A stretch of DNA of 64,000 bases, taken from assembly GCA_000002435.2 (NCBI GenBank), contig CM018791.1. One strand, 5' to 3'. The notes beneath the pieces are model-generated. The model saw only the letters and a program-made list of their open reading frames with translations. It ran no database searches and had not been told where the DNA came from. This document shows positions 18,985-28,091 of this stretch, in pieces (the first letter of the stretch is position 1; each line of letters opens with the position of its first letter). A program made the position numbers and the translations under genes. The stretch comes from Giardia intestinalis. Taxonomy: Eukaryota.

Positions 18985-20421
18985 CTATATTTTTTCAGTT
19001 TTGTCAAAACACGAGAGCTTCCCCACCTGCGGTCTGTAAGTACGGAGCTCCTTACGTAACGTTTGTATTATAACCATGAGCTCATCTATTTCGTCCTGGC
19101 GTTTATCAAGCTCCAGTTTTGCTAAGTTAAGTTCGTGACCTAGTTCGACAACGACGTCAGCATTTGCACCTGCGCCTGCGGCTCCTCTCGAAGTCCTGGC
19201 ATTGCTTGCGTGCTTCTTGCTTAAGTTTTGGGCTGGCAAGATCTGAGAAGAATCCATAGACGATCCTCCTCCAAGTGGTCGATGTGGGAGGTCAGAAGTC
19301 GTAAGAAAGACTGTATCGTAGACGCTTGACGCTGCTATGCGCTCCTTCATTTCTTTGATAAGATTCTCTTTTCGCTCTAGTTCCTTGCGGAGGTCAGATA
19401 CTTCTGCCGTAAGCTGCATAATGCTTACCTGAGCGTCTTGATCTGATACCGTGGCCTCTATCGCCAATTTCATGGTCTCATTGTCAGTAGCCATTCGCGC
19501 CACCTCGTCGTGCAGCACCCTGGCCAGAGACTCCAGCTGAGAGAGCCTGTTCTTAGCCTCTTCGAACTCCAGCTCCTTGTCTAGTGCGGCGATCTTGATC
19601 TCCTCTTGGTCGCGGGAGTCTTTGAAGTCCGAGGTAGAAGTAGAGGGCGCAAAGATTGCATGCTTCTTTCGTAAACTTTCAACGAGTGAAAGAATGGTTC
19701 CTGTTTTCTCGATGGCTGGCTGGAGAAGTGTGTCCGCGAAAGCCGTGTCTGCGAGGGGGTACCCCAGGTCATCGTCCAACTGAATCGATCTGTAGAGGTC
19801 ACAGCCACTGAGGGCACCTATGTCGACGCAATATCGTAAGAGATATGCTGCAATCTGATAGTGACCATATGCAAGGCTAACCATTATGCACGCTTTAGTG
19901 TATGAATCCCGCCAGTTCACCTTGTGCTCGACGATGTACTTCACTGTACATAGAAGGCCGGTGGTGAGTGCATGAAAAAGGACTTTCAAGTGTGCGGTGG
20001 CGAACTTAATGTACACATCTTGCGAAAGAATCGGTATAAAGTAGTTAAACCCCTCTGTAACGTCACGCACAGCTGTTTTGGCGTCTGCCTTCTGCGATTC
20101 TTCAGGCATTTCAAACGGCTGGAGGATGTAGAAGGCTTTAAGGCTATCGTTTTCAATGGCTATCATGCACGCTGTCTGCCGGTTTGCATTAACAATGGTG
20201 GCTTCGTCAGCTGCAAGAATTCCTATCATGCGTAGGTCGTTATTTCTTGTTGCGGCGATTAGGGCAGTGTTCAAGAAGGCATCTTGAACACCCTTAAGCC
20301 GCTGCTTGTGGCATTCTATGAATTCATAGTTACGGGACTCCACGGCCTGGAACCACTCTTCCACCAATGCATCCTTAGAGCTTGACCCGAGGTACGAGTC
20401 CAGGTACTTGAGTGCACCCAT
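18985..20421 (-). CDS. Ankyrin-repeat / coiled-coil protein (Protein 21.1 family)
   Basis: The track ORF 18985..20604 begins with GTG. The likely start is the ATG at 20421 (MGALKYLDSY..), preceded by the strong AT-rich initiator CATTTTAAAATTGAGTTTTATG. An alternative ATG lies at 20481. Ankyrin repeats (LNTALIAATRNNDLRMIGIL, QTACMIAIENDSL) are followed by a long coiled coil in the C-terminal third. Confidence 0.6.
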   Translation of the reverse strand: MGALKYLDSYLGSSSKDALVEEWFQAVESRNYEFIECHKQRLKGVQDAFLNTALIAATRNNDLRMIGILAADEATIVNANRQTACMIAIENDSLKAFYILQPFEMPEESQKADAKTAVRDVTEGFNYFIPILSQDVYIKFATAHLKVLFHALTTGLLCTVKYIVEHKVNWRDSYTKACIMVSLAYGHYQIAAYLLRYCVDIGALSGCDLYRSIQLDDDLGYPLADTAFADTLLQPAIEKTGTILSLVESLRKKHAIFAPSTSTSDFKDSRDQEEIKIAALDKELEFEEAKNRLSQLESLARVLHDEVARMATDNETMKLAIEATVSDQDAQVSIMQLTAEVSDLRKELERKENLIKEMKERIAASSVYDTVFLTTSDLPHRPLGGGSSMDSSQILPAQNLSKKHASNARTSRGAAGAGANADVVVELGHELNLAKLELDKRQDEIDELMVIIQTLRKELRTYRPQVGKLSCFDKTEKI

Positions 20422-20437
20422 AAAACTCAATTTTAAA
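20422..20437. promoter_or_regulatory. 16-bp AT-rich bidirectional initiator between the divergent start codons at 20421 (-) and 20438 (+)
   Basis: The spacer TAAAACTCAATTTTAAA is flanked by an ATG on each strand. Confidence 0.4.
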
Positions 20438-22393
20438 ATGTCCACCGCCCGTTCGGAGTGGTTCGCCGCTGTATACAGCATGGACCATAGAAAGTTGCGG
20501 ACAAATCTCCAAAAGTATAAGCAGAGCCGTGACGAAAGTGGCTTCACGGCGTTGCATATTGCAGCAATGTACGGTGACCTTGAGGCCGTCAAAATCCTTG
20601 CCACGGAAGAAGCCGGATTACTGTCAGTCAGTGGCGAGACAGCGTTATCACTTGCAGTGAGGAACAGGCACCATAAAGTCGTAAGCTATCTAGCTGAAAT
20701 GGAAGGCAGAATTTTACTTGGCGACGGCCGTTCTGCGCTGATTGTGGCCATAGATGTTGCAGACCTCGACACCTTGCGTATGCTGGTACCGTACTCATTG
20801 AACTCAAGTCTTCCAACTAACGAGGATGCTCCAGACGGGCCTGCCACGGTCTTTCAGTACCTGGTTTCTATGGATTTTCACACCCTTATACCGCTCTTTG
20901 CTGAGAATATCCAGTTGACTGAGGCAGACTTTCTTCGGGGCCTGGAGATTGCAAAAGGCCGCACTACAAAAGGCTCCGAGCTTTGCAGAACTTACTTAGA
21001 GCAATATAAAGACTTACTTTTACGGCCAAAGTGCTTGAATTGTAATTCCTTAGCCTGTAAGGTTTCCCAGTTAGAAACTGACTTGAAGAATGCAGAGTCC
21101 TTGCCCAGTGCACTGAAGAATGAGATTGTGCAACTGAAGGCGGTGCTGCTGCGGAGAAACTGCTCAGTTGGTAAGTGCCTAGGGTGCAAGGCTGTGTTGA
21201 CAAGAGCAGGCCCAGACGTCCCATGCCAGGTGTGCAGCTTTGCTCCTGGCCATACTGTGCGAGTGCAGACAGATGGTGGAGTTTCTTTGACGTATGAAAA
21301 ATTAAAAGAGGCGCTCGATTTTGCCCTAGCGGAGAATTTGAGCCTTAAGGCAAAGTTGAATGTGGATGATAGCATTACCGGCGCTACTGGCCTAGATCCA
21401 ATAAGAGCACTGGCCAGCATATCGAAGAGGCTGTCGTTAGAGGACAGAGCTGGCCTGTCAGAGGAAAACCTGACGTGTCTGCTGGCTGCAGTTCGTTCAC
21501 TAGTTCAGCAGGTCAAGGATACTGGTGGAGGCACAGAAGAGTCGCACCGGTTATTGGAGTCTTCCGACTTGTCTAAGATATCGCTGACATCTGGCACCAC
21601 TCCACATAGCTCTCCCGTGAATAGGCACCAGCCAAGCCCCAACGCAGCAGCATTGAAGGGTTCAGAAGCTACAGAAGATGCTGAAATGACCCTCCGGTCA
21701 CTACTGAGGGCCTTGGAAGATATTCGATTTGGGTACCCTACTGCACTCATGCGAGCAGCAATGGAAAACAAGGTGGATCAAGCAAAGCAACTTCTTTTCC
21801 AGGCAAATTTGCGGGACAAGGACGGGAAAACAGCCTTAATGTATGCTGCAGAAAGCGGGCATACAGACATAGTCAATCTTCTCCTTGATAAAGAGGGATG
21901 TAAGGGTGATAATCAGGGTCGTACTGCACTGATGTATGCCGTAGCGGCCAAGTCATATGAGTGTGCCAAGGTTCTATCTCTAAAGGAGACAAAAATGATT
22001 ACCAATAGCAAGCATAGGCACAAGGGAACAACCGCGCTCATGGTCGCAGCGCGTGCTAACGATGTGGAGCTGGTAAAGATTCTGATGGACAAGGAAGCCA
22101 ACCTAACGCGCGATGACGGCGTGACGGCCCTTATGCAAGCGGCCCAGGCTAACGCATGCGATTGCTTGCGTCTACTTGCTCCCAAAGAAGCCGGAAGATG
22201 TACAAACGATGAGTTTCTCTACGGGCACGGTTACACAGCGTTAATGTTTGCAGCGAGTAATGGGAACTTAGACTCAGTTAAGGTCTTGGTGCATCAAGAG
22301 GCCACAGCCAGGCTTGCAGACGGTCGGCAAGCGATAGACTTAGCGAGCGATAAGGCTGTCATCAATGAGCTTGCTAAGCACATGCCTAAGTAG
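20438..22393 (+). CDS. Ankyrin-repeat / coiled-coil / ankyrin-repeat protein (Protein 21.1 family)
   Basis: The track ORF starts at TTG 20408. The first ATG is at 20438 (MSTARSEW..), preceded by AAACTCAATTTTAAAATG. Ankyrin repeats appear near both termini (SGFTALHIAAMYGDLEAVKIL; GKTALMYAAESGHTDIVNLLL; GRTALMYAVAAKSYECAKVL; GVTALMQAAQANACDCLRLL) around a central coiled coil. Confidence 0.65.
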   Translation: MSTARSEWFAAVYSMDHRKLRTNLQKYKQSRDESGFTALHIAAMYGDLEAVKILATEEAGLLSVSGETALSLAVRNRHHKVVSYLAEMEGRILLGDGRSALIVAIDVADLDTLRMLVPYSLNSSLPTNEDAPDGPATVFQYLVSMDFHTLIPLFAENIQLTEADFLRGLEIAKGRTTKGSELCRTYLEQYKDLLLRPKCLNCNSLACKVSQLETDLKNAESLPSALKNEIVQLKAVLLRRNCSVGKCLGCKAVLTRAGPDVPCQVCSFAPGHTVRVQTDGGVSLTYEKLKEALDFALAENLSLKAKLNVDDSITGATGLDPIRALASISKRLSLEDRAGLSEENLTCLLAAVRSLVQQVKDTGGGTEESHRLLESSDLSKISLTSGTTPHSSPVNRHQPSPNAAALKGSEATEDAEMTLRSLLRALEDIRFGYPTALMRAAMENKVDQAKQLLFQANLRDKDGKTALMYAAESGHTDIVNLLLDKEGCKGDNQGRTALMYAVAAKSYECAKVLSLKETKMITNSKHRHKGTTALMVAARANDVELVKILMDKEANLTRDDGVTALMQAAQANACDCLRLLAPKEAGRCTNDEFLYGHGYTALMFAASNGNLDSVKVLVHQEATARLADGRQAIDLASDKAVINELAKHMPK

Positions 22394-22420
22394 ATAGAAC
22401 TTTTTAGCGTACAATCTAGC

Positions 22421-24982
22421 TTATTGATTGTTTTTAATAGCGTCCTCAAATTCCAAAATACTTTCTCCAATCTCTTTTTGATAAGACAGAAGTTGCGCAT
22501 AGAAGTGCTGTTGCTCAGAGGATGGGGGACGTAGATGGTCCTTTATCCCCTTGCAGAGAACACCAGAGTCGGCTGCTCTGCTAATAAAAGAGCAGAAATC
22601 TTGTGACAGCTCGCATAGATAGCGAAGCATTGCACTTATCTTATCGTCCTTCATGAAGAACTTAACAACTAGGGTGCATAGGAAGGTGTTCATTAGATCA
22701 TTTGCGTGCACAAAACCTAGAAGTTTTCCGTCATTGGCGTCTTCCTTGTAGCATGCCTGTGAGATTTGTGTTATGTTGGTCATGAATTCAGATATTTTAG
22801 GCCCAAGGTGGCGGACTTCTAGAAAGAAGAACAGACGATCAAAAAAGAGAAGGAGTTGTGTGATAGTGTATGGTATGAGCTTTATGGTCAAGACTTGGAG
22901 CCCAAAGGCGGATGGCTCAGTATACTTTGGTGCGAGCCTGAGTCCTATGCTATTTCTTCCGTACGCTTTAGTAAGAACAGCCGATGAAGATGTCTTTCGC
23001 AAGCACAAGAGGTACGTAGACTTTATAACACTCTGGGTGTACTTGAGTGAGAGTAGTACCTTGAACATTTTGGATAACAGCTGAATATAATGGGGAGATA
23101 AAAGAAGCCCGATGGTGTTGTCGCAGGAGTACTTCAACACGAGGAGGCGGAGGATGGGGTTGTTGATGGCAAGAAAGTGCTTTGAGTATCCCTCAAGCTT
23201 GCTATGCTGGAGATGAGGGTACACTGAGAGCTCTGGGTCGTAAAAGGGCTGCCTCATCGAACGCTTACGTCTGTACCTGAACTGTTGGTCCATTGGGAGC
23301 AGCTCTATCTGCTGAGGAGTCAAGAGCCGCTCTTCCTTGTGATCTCCATCATCCTTGCCATGCTTGTACAGGAAGCGGTCGGCAATGAATTCGTGTTGGG
23401 GTCTATACTCTGTGTAGATTAATTCAAAGAGGCCCAGGAGCTCCTTCTGCTCGTCATAGACCGCCATATCGTTGGCTGCGAAGTCGTCTACAATGAATTG
23501 TAGCATCTGGTAATCTACTGACTCCGACGTTTCCACACCATCTTGGCTTGGAGCAAAGATAGGAGCTTCTCTGGTACCAATCTTTTTCTCACAGAAGTTC
23601 TCAAAGTCTAAGGAAACAGCGGGTGTGTACCTATAACAGAGGCTGAAAGCTTTCTCCAAAGCTATGTTAAATGCACGAGTCATTAGCCGGGTCGTTGTCG
23701 GTGTCTTCAAAGCACGCTCCGCACCATCGCATATGCATTGTGCAACATCAGCCTGCCTCAGGAAAGCTATCTCGAAGAGCATCTTGATGTGATTGAGAAC
23801 TCCGTTTTGTAAGAGGTGTATCCAGAGAGACTGGCTCGATAAGCATAGCAATCTGCTAAGACATCGGTCAAAGCTTATGCGATCGAACACTTGAAAGTCC
23901 TTGAGTGCTATTATGTTGCGTAGCTCATCCAGTAAATGCCTGGATTCGCGGTTGACCCCAGATATTCTACCGCACCTAGCTATCATAACAATCTGCTTGG
24001 CATGATCTGATTTAAAATAGATAGGAAAGTGATTCTTTATCAAGGAGCATCCTGGAGCTACAACCGCAACATACGTGGGAGGAGACAGTCGATCGAGAGC
24101 GGCTGTGTAGCACTCTGCATCAAAGCGGAACAGAAACTCCTTGAGCTTACTATCTAACACATTCTGATTGCATGCATCGTCTCCAAGGTCCACCGGGACA
24201 GCAAAAAATTCTGAATAGGGGTCATTCAGATATCCATCTGATAAAAACGAGTATACCATAGATGCAACTTCCTGGGCCACAGGTCGAGTGATGCGAAGAA
24301 TGGAATCATCGTAGTCCTTGCCATGTTTGCCGAGGAGGTTCAAAAGATAGTTATAGAGATGCATTCCACGGATGAGCACGGGCGTTTTGTACTTATCACG
24401 GTCATTTTTTTGTGAAGCAAGATTGTCAATGGATTGCTTGTGGAGTTGATTGATAGCTGAGAGGATTGAGACGACGTACCTGACCTCGTGCCGAACCTTT
24501 ATGCAAGTTTGCAGATAGAGTGTTCTATCGGCTGGGTTCTGGATCCAGTCTTCAAACAGCGACGCCACATGAAGCCGAGAGGAGGTAGTGAGGTCAGAAA
24601 GCCCCTGGGCAAATGCGCCAAGAATTCTGCTTGGGATTCCCTCCTTATACGCTGCTGGAACAGAGGAGAAGAAGGACCGCAGCTCCACATCGACACAGAT
24701 ATCAGTGGTGTGGGACAGCGTGCCATCCACTACCGCGGCATATAAGAGGGAATACGCGTCTATCATGAAAACGGCGTGCCCTACCTCAAGGAGAAGCTGT
24801 AAATAAGACTGATCTGCTTTGAACAGTGGAAGGAGGTCTGTGTTTATACTAAATTGCTTAAGCCCATGGTTCACCACAGGCGATGGAATGCCGCATGTTG
24901 CAATGAAGATATCGGGCACGTGCTTCTCCAGAATGTGCATAGTTTCGTAGGGACCAGTTGTAGTGGAGCCAAGGGCCGACAT
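22421..24982 (-). CDS. Probable gamma-tubulin complex component (GCP2/GCP3, Spc97/Spc98 family)
   Basis: The track ORF starts with GTG at 25033. The first ATG is at 24982 (MSALGSTT..). The segment VAQEVASMVYSFLSDGYLNDPYSEFFAV matches the conserved GCP N-domain motif (W-Y-G-L-DPY-EFF). The C-terminal segment HIKMLFEIAFLRQADV resembles the GRIP2 motif (Y-FLLGQGDF). The 850-870 aa length fits GCP2/3. Confidence 0.5.
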   Translation of the reverse strand: MSALGSTTTGPYETMHILEKHVPDIFIATCGIPSPVVNHGLKQFSINTDLLPLFKADQSYLQLLLEVGHAVFMIDAYSLLYAAVVDGTLSHTTDICVDVELRSFFSSVPAAYKEGIPSRILGAFAQGLSDLTTSSRLHVASLFEDWIQNPADRTLYLQTCIKVRHEVRYVVSILSAINQLHKQSIDNLASQKNDRDKYKTPVLIRGMHLYNYLLNLLGKHGKDYDDSILRITRPVAQEVASMVYSFLSDGYLNDPYSEFFAVPVDLGDDACNQNVLDSKLKEFLFRFDAECYTAALDRLSPPTYVAVVAPGCSLIKNHFPIYFKSDHAKQIVMIARCGRISGVNRESRHLLDELRNIIALKDFQVFDRISFDRCLSRLLCLSSQSLWIHLLQNGVLNHIKMLFEIAFLRQADVAQCICDGAERALKTPTTTRLMTRAFNIALEKAFSLCYRYTPAVSLDFENFCEKKIGTREAPIFAPSQDGVETSESVDYQMLQFIVDDFAANDMAVYDEQKELLGLFELIYTEYRPQHEFIADRFLYKHGKDDGDHKEERLLTPQQIELLPMDQQFRYRRKRSMRQPFYDPELSVYPHLQHSKLEGYSKHFLAINNPILRLLVLKYSCDNTIGLLLSPHYIQLLSKMFKVLLSLKYTQSVIKSTYLLCLRKTSSSAVLTKAYGRNSIGLRLAPKYTEPSAFGLQVLTIKLIPYTITQLLLFFDRLFFFLEVRHLGPKISEFMTNITQISQACYKEDANDGKLLGFVHANDLMNTFLCTLVVKFFMKDDKISAMLRYLCELSQDFCSFISRAADSGVLCKGIKDHLRPPSSEQQHFYAQLLSYQKEIGESILEFEDAIKNNQ

Positions 24983-25040
24983 CGGTGGAGTAGACAGACC
25001 TTGAAAACTAAAAAGTGAGCCTTTGACGCCCACCCATAGA

Positions 25041-25661
25041 ATGCTGCCAATGAGCTATGCACTTCCAGACGTGTTTAGCTTGCAGTTCATAACTCAGGTG
25101 TCGAAGTACGAGGAAGGCATGCCTGTTTATTTTCAGTTATTTGCAACCTACTCACTGATAAGCGTGAAGGCTCTTGCTATCCTTCACACTCTCCATACCG
25201 AGTATCCAAATGTCTTTGTCGCCGCGGTTTCTTATGATTCCTCTGACGTGGTCCGGAGTGTCATTAGAGCCCACTCCGCTCTCAAGCGGATCAATGTATG
25301 CGTAGATAAGCACTCACAGGTCAAGGCTTTTGCTAAAAACAGAGGGGTCACTGGCATTCCAACTGCGTTTGTCTTCGATGGTAACGGCTCCATCGCGTGG
25401 GAGGGATACCCCACCGGCAGCGGGCTCCACGGGGTTCTCCGCAAGCTTAACCAAATACCTGTCCAAGTTCCTTGTCTCAGCACAAGCACAATACAGCCTC
25501 CAAAGTTCTTCAATCCAGAAATGACGAATTCTAGAAAGGATTGGCGTCTCCCCGGTGGAGGAGTCAGGACCGGAGAGATAGACCCCAACGCTCTTACAAA
25601 GAGCACCCGGCACGTAAAGCAGTCAGAAGAGGCTCGCGTTAAGCGAAGCAAGCGGCCTTAG
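25041..25661 (+). CDS. Thioredoxin-fold protein lacking the catalytic CXXC (phosducin-like / TXNDC-like)
   Basis: The track ORF starts at TTG 25023. The first ATG is at 25041. The thioredoxin-like layout is VYFQLFATYSLISVKALAILHTLHTEYPNVFVAAVSYD ... GVTGIPTAFVFDGNGSIAWEGY, where the CGPC position reads YSLI. The tail is basic. Confidence 0.45.
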   Translation: MLPMSYALPDVFSLQFITQVSKYEEGMPVYFQLFATYSLISVKALAILHTLHTEYPNVFVAAVSYDSSDVVRSVIRAHSALKRINVCVDKHSQVKAFAKNRGVTGIPTAFVFDGNGSIAWEGYPTGSGLHGVLRKLNQIPVQVPCLSTSTIQPPKFFNPEMTNSRKDWRLPGGGVRTGEIDPNALTKSTRHVKQSEEARVKRSKRP

Positions 25662-25690
25662 TATGTTTTGGAATGTAAAGACCGATACAC

Positions 25691-28072
25691 TTAATTTACT
25701 GATAGATCTAGACCGTCATTTCTACTTTTTATGTACTTATCATGATTTTTCTCTAGAACGCTTTGCACATAGGTAACGAAGTCTGGAGAATCTGTAAGGA
25801 ACCGTATCAAGGCAATCTGACCGGCGTCCTCATCCACAGGTGGAGGGCTTATGTTAGATAGTGAAAGAGGATAGGCTAGATCTTGTTTAGTGTCTATATC
25901 CTTGTTCCTATAGTAGCCAGCCAGCCGCTCTTTGTAGAGTCTCCAACACGTGTCGTTGCACCGAAGACTCACCCTCAAGAGCGTCTCGCAAACCAGGTTA
26001 AAGAATGGATTTCTGTTTTTCTTGAGGGACAGTGATGGTAGAAAGGCGAATAACTTACTGTCCAATATCACCCTCTTGAATAGGTTCGCGGAGTCAGTGG
26101 CGAAGATAATGATAGAACTGAGGATTCGTGTAGCGTAGTGTTTTATAATAGTCTGTTGACCTGTTGTGATGCTAAAAAGCATGAGTTGAAGTGTGAGCAA
26201 CGGGTTTTTTCCGTTTTCTGGGGGAGGAAATGCGCATGCAAAAATGCTAAGGGGAGATGGAGAGATGATTCTCCCCTTTATCAGATATGTCTCACAAAGA
26301 TCTATGGACTCTGGACATGTTGTACTTATTGTACCCAAGTACGGAATGTGTCCACAGTAACGGTAATCGAATCTGGCATTCTTAGTTAGGCTGTCTCCAT
26401 CAGCATATAAAACTAGGGCTTCTGTTGAAGCGCTGTTGGTGGCAAGATAGAGCATCTTTCCTATGTCATCGAGAATGCAGAATACACTGGCAAGATGCTT
26501 CATTGTCACGGATATGCGTGCCAGGTAACTAGAATCAAGTCGCCCTGAGACCATCCTTGGCATATGGTGTTGAAGAAACTGTGCCAACAGTTCTATGTAC
26601 GCATCGTATATGGGAACAAGCCCCGTCTCTACTTCACTTGGAAACAGTGCTTGACCGAGCCTGATGCTTCCTATTCCAGATCGACCACCGCTTCTAGCTG
26701 TATCTGCTGACTTAGAATGGCCGTCTGTGCGTGTAGTTTTCTCCCCTGATATCGCTATAATCGCCAACTGTTCAATAATACTGTGTAAAGAGAACCTTGC
26801 AGACGAGCCCTTGCTATCGGTATCGACACTAATGCTATCGTACCTTGATTCATCAGTGCCAAGGACTTCGGCAATGTAAAGCCTTGGAGCACGTAGAATC
26901 ATGCTAACAGAGGTAGAGGAAAACGTACACATGAGCTTAAGAGTATGAAGTGAAGACATACACAGCAGCTCCGGTGAGAACAAGATGCGGGCAACAGTTG
27001 GAAGATAGCGCGCGATCGATCCTATCAATAGAATACTCCCGCTGGCCATAATCTGGCAGAGGAGTTCCACTGCATTCGCTAGCACATCCTCTGTGATAGG
27101 AGAGACGCCACTCAAACGTGCCTTGTGATTGTTCAGCTCGTCCACTTCCTGTTGTGCACCGTTCCTGGCTTGCCCATCTTTTACGGGTCCTGCACACAAC
27201 CAAGTAGACACCTCTACGAAGCTTACTAGAGGAGAATGTAACGGATTGGATGGACATGGAAAACTCTGTGAGGCTTCAAGCAGGTCTTTTGGTAAAAGAT
27301 AATAAAATACAATATCCATAAAGTATGTAGCTAATAGAAAATCATTAATCTTTGTGGCAACGGACTTAGCTACTGGCGAGCATTTGCAAAGTAGAGAGCC
27401 TGTAAAATTATTGACATACGCTATATCAAGTAGCATAAAAAAGGGATTCAAAGGGATGCAAGTGCAGTGAACAGAATTGACAGTAACTGCATATCGTCTC
27501 GTCAACTCATCTAAGAGAATCTCTGTGCCGGTATTCGTGTTTGCTATATATTCCAAGGACAACATCATAGCATCCAGACTATCCATATACCGATTTGTTA
27601 CTATATATCTTTCCTTGAGAGATTTGGCCTCTGTAACGGTCTTCGTGATATAGTCAAGGGCCGTGAACATGGCGTCAAAGAAGAGAGACTCAGGGGCCAT
27701 CAGAAAAGAGAACAGGCTACTCTTAGATCTCCCTTCAGTAATTCTTTCTGATGCCTTAAGAATCAAAAGGGCACTTCTGGCTTCTACCGTATCCTTGATG
27801 TGCTCTCCACATATTTGGACTACCCCTCCACATAAGCAGAGAGGGATCATTGTTATGGCCGCCACCAGATCAATAACGCTCTCTTTAGTTGCAAATTTGG
27901 AGAAGAAGTTGCCGGTCTTTATGCTGACAAGTCTTTCTATGGCAGGAACAGAAAGAAGCTCCTTCACCGTCATTCTCTGAAGCCCGCCAAAGGTGGGTAC
28001 TTGGAGGTACGCTTTGGCTTCTCCAACAATACAATAGCCGCTCTCTATCCGATCGGGCTCCTTTTGCGGCAT
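25691..28072 (-). CDS. Hypothetical protein (about 794 aa)
   Basis: Long ORF. The track start is TTG at 28105. The first ATG is at 28072 (MPQKEPDRI..), preceded by TCTCAAAAATG. No domain recognised. Confidence 0.55.
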   Translation of the reverse strand: MPQKEPDRIESGYCIVGEAKAYLQVPTFGGLQRMTVKELLSVPAIERLVSIKTGNFFSKFATKESVIDLVAAITMIPLCLCGGVVQICGEHIKDTVEARSALLILKASERITEGRSKSSLFSFLMAPESLFFDAMFTALDYITKTVTEAKSLKERYIVTNRYMDSLDAMMLSLEYIANTNTGTEILLDELTRRYAVTVNSVHCTCIPLNPFFMLLDIAYVNNFTGSLLCKCSPVAKSVATKINDFLLATYFMDIVFYYLLPKDLLEASQSFPCPSNPLHSPLVSFVEVSTWLCAGPVKDGQARNGAQQEVDELNNHKARLSGVSPITEDVLANAVELLCQIMASGSILLIGSIARYLPTVARILFSPELLCMSSLHTLKLMCTFSSTSVSMILRAPRLYIAEVLGTDESRYDSISVDTDSKGSSARFSLHSIIEQLAIIAISGEKTTRTDGHSKSADTARSGGRSGIGSIRLGQALFPSEVETGLVPIYDAYIELLAQFLQHHMPRMVSGRLDSSYLARISVTMKHLASVFCILDDIGKMLYLATNSASTEALVLYADGDSLTKNARFDYRYCGHIPYLGTISTTCPESIDLCETYLIKGRIISPSPLSIFACAFPPPENGKNPLLTLQLMLFSITTGQQTIIKHYATRILSSIIIFATDSANLFKRVILDSKLFAFLPSLSLKKNRNPFFNLVCETLLRVSLRCNDTCWRLYKERLAGYYRNKDIDTKQDLAYPLSLSNISPPPVDEDAGQIALIRFLTDSPDFVTYVQSVLEKNHDKYIKSRNDGLDLSVN

Positions 28073-28091
28073 TTTTGAGATGATCCGAGAT

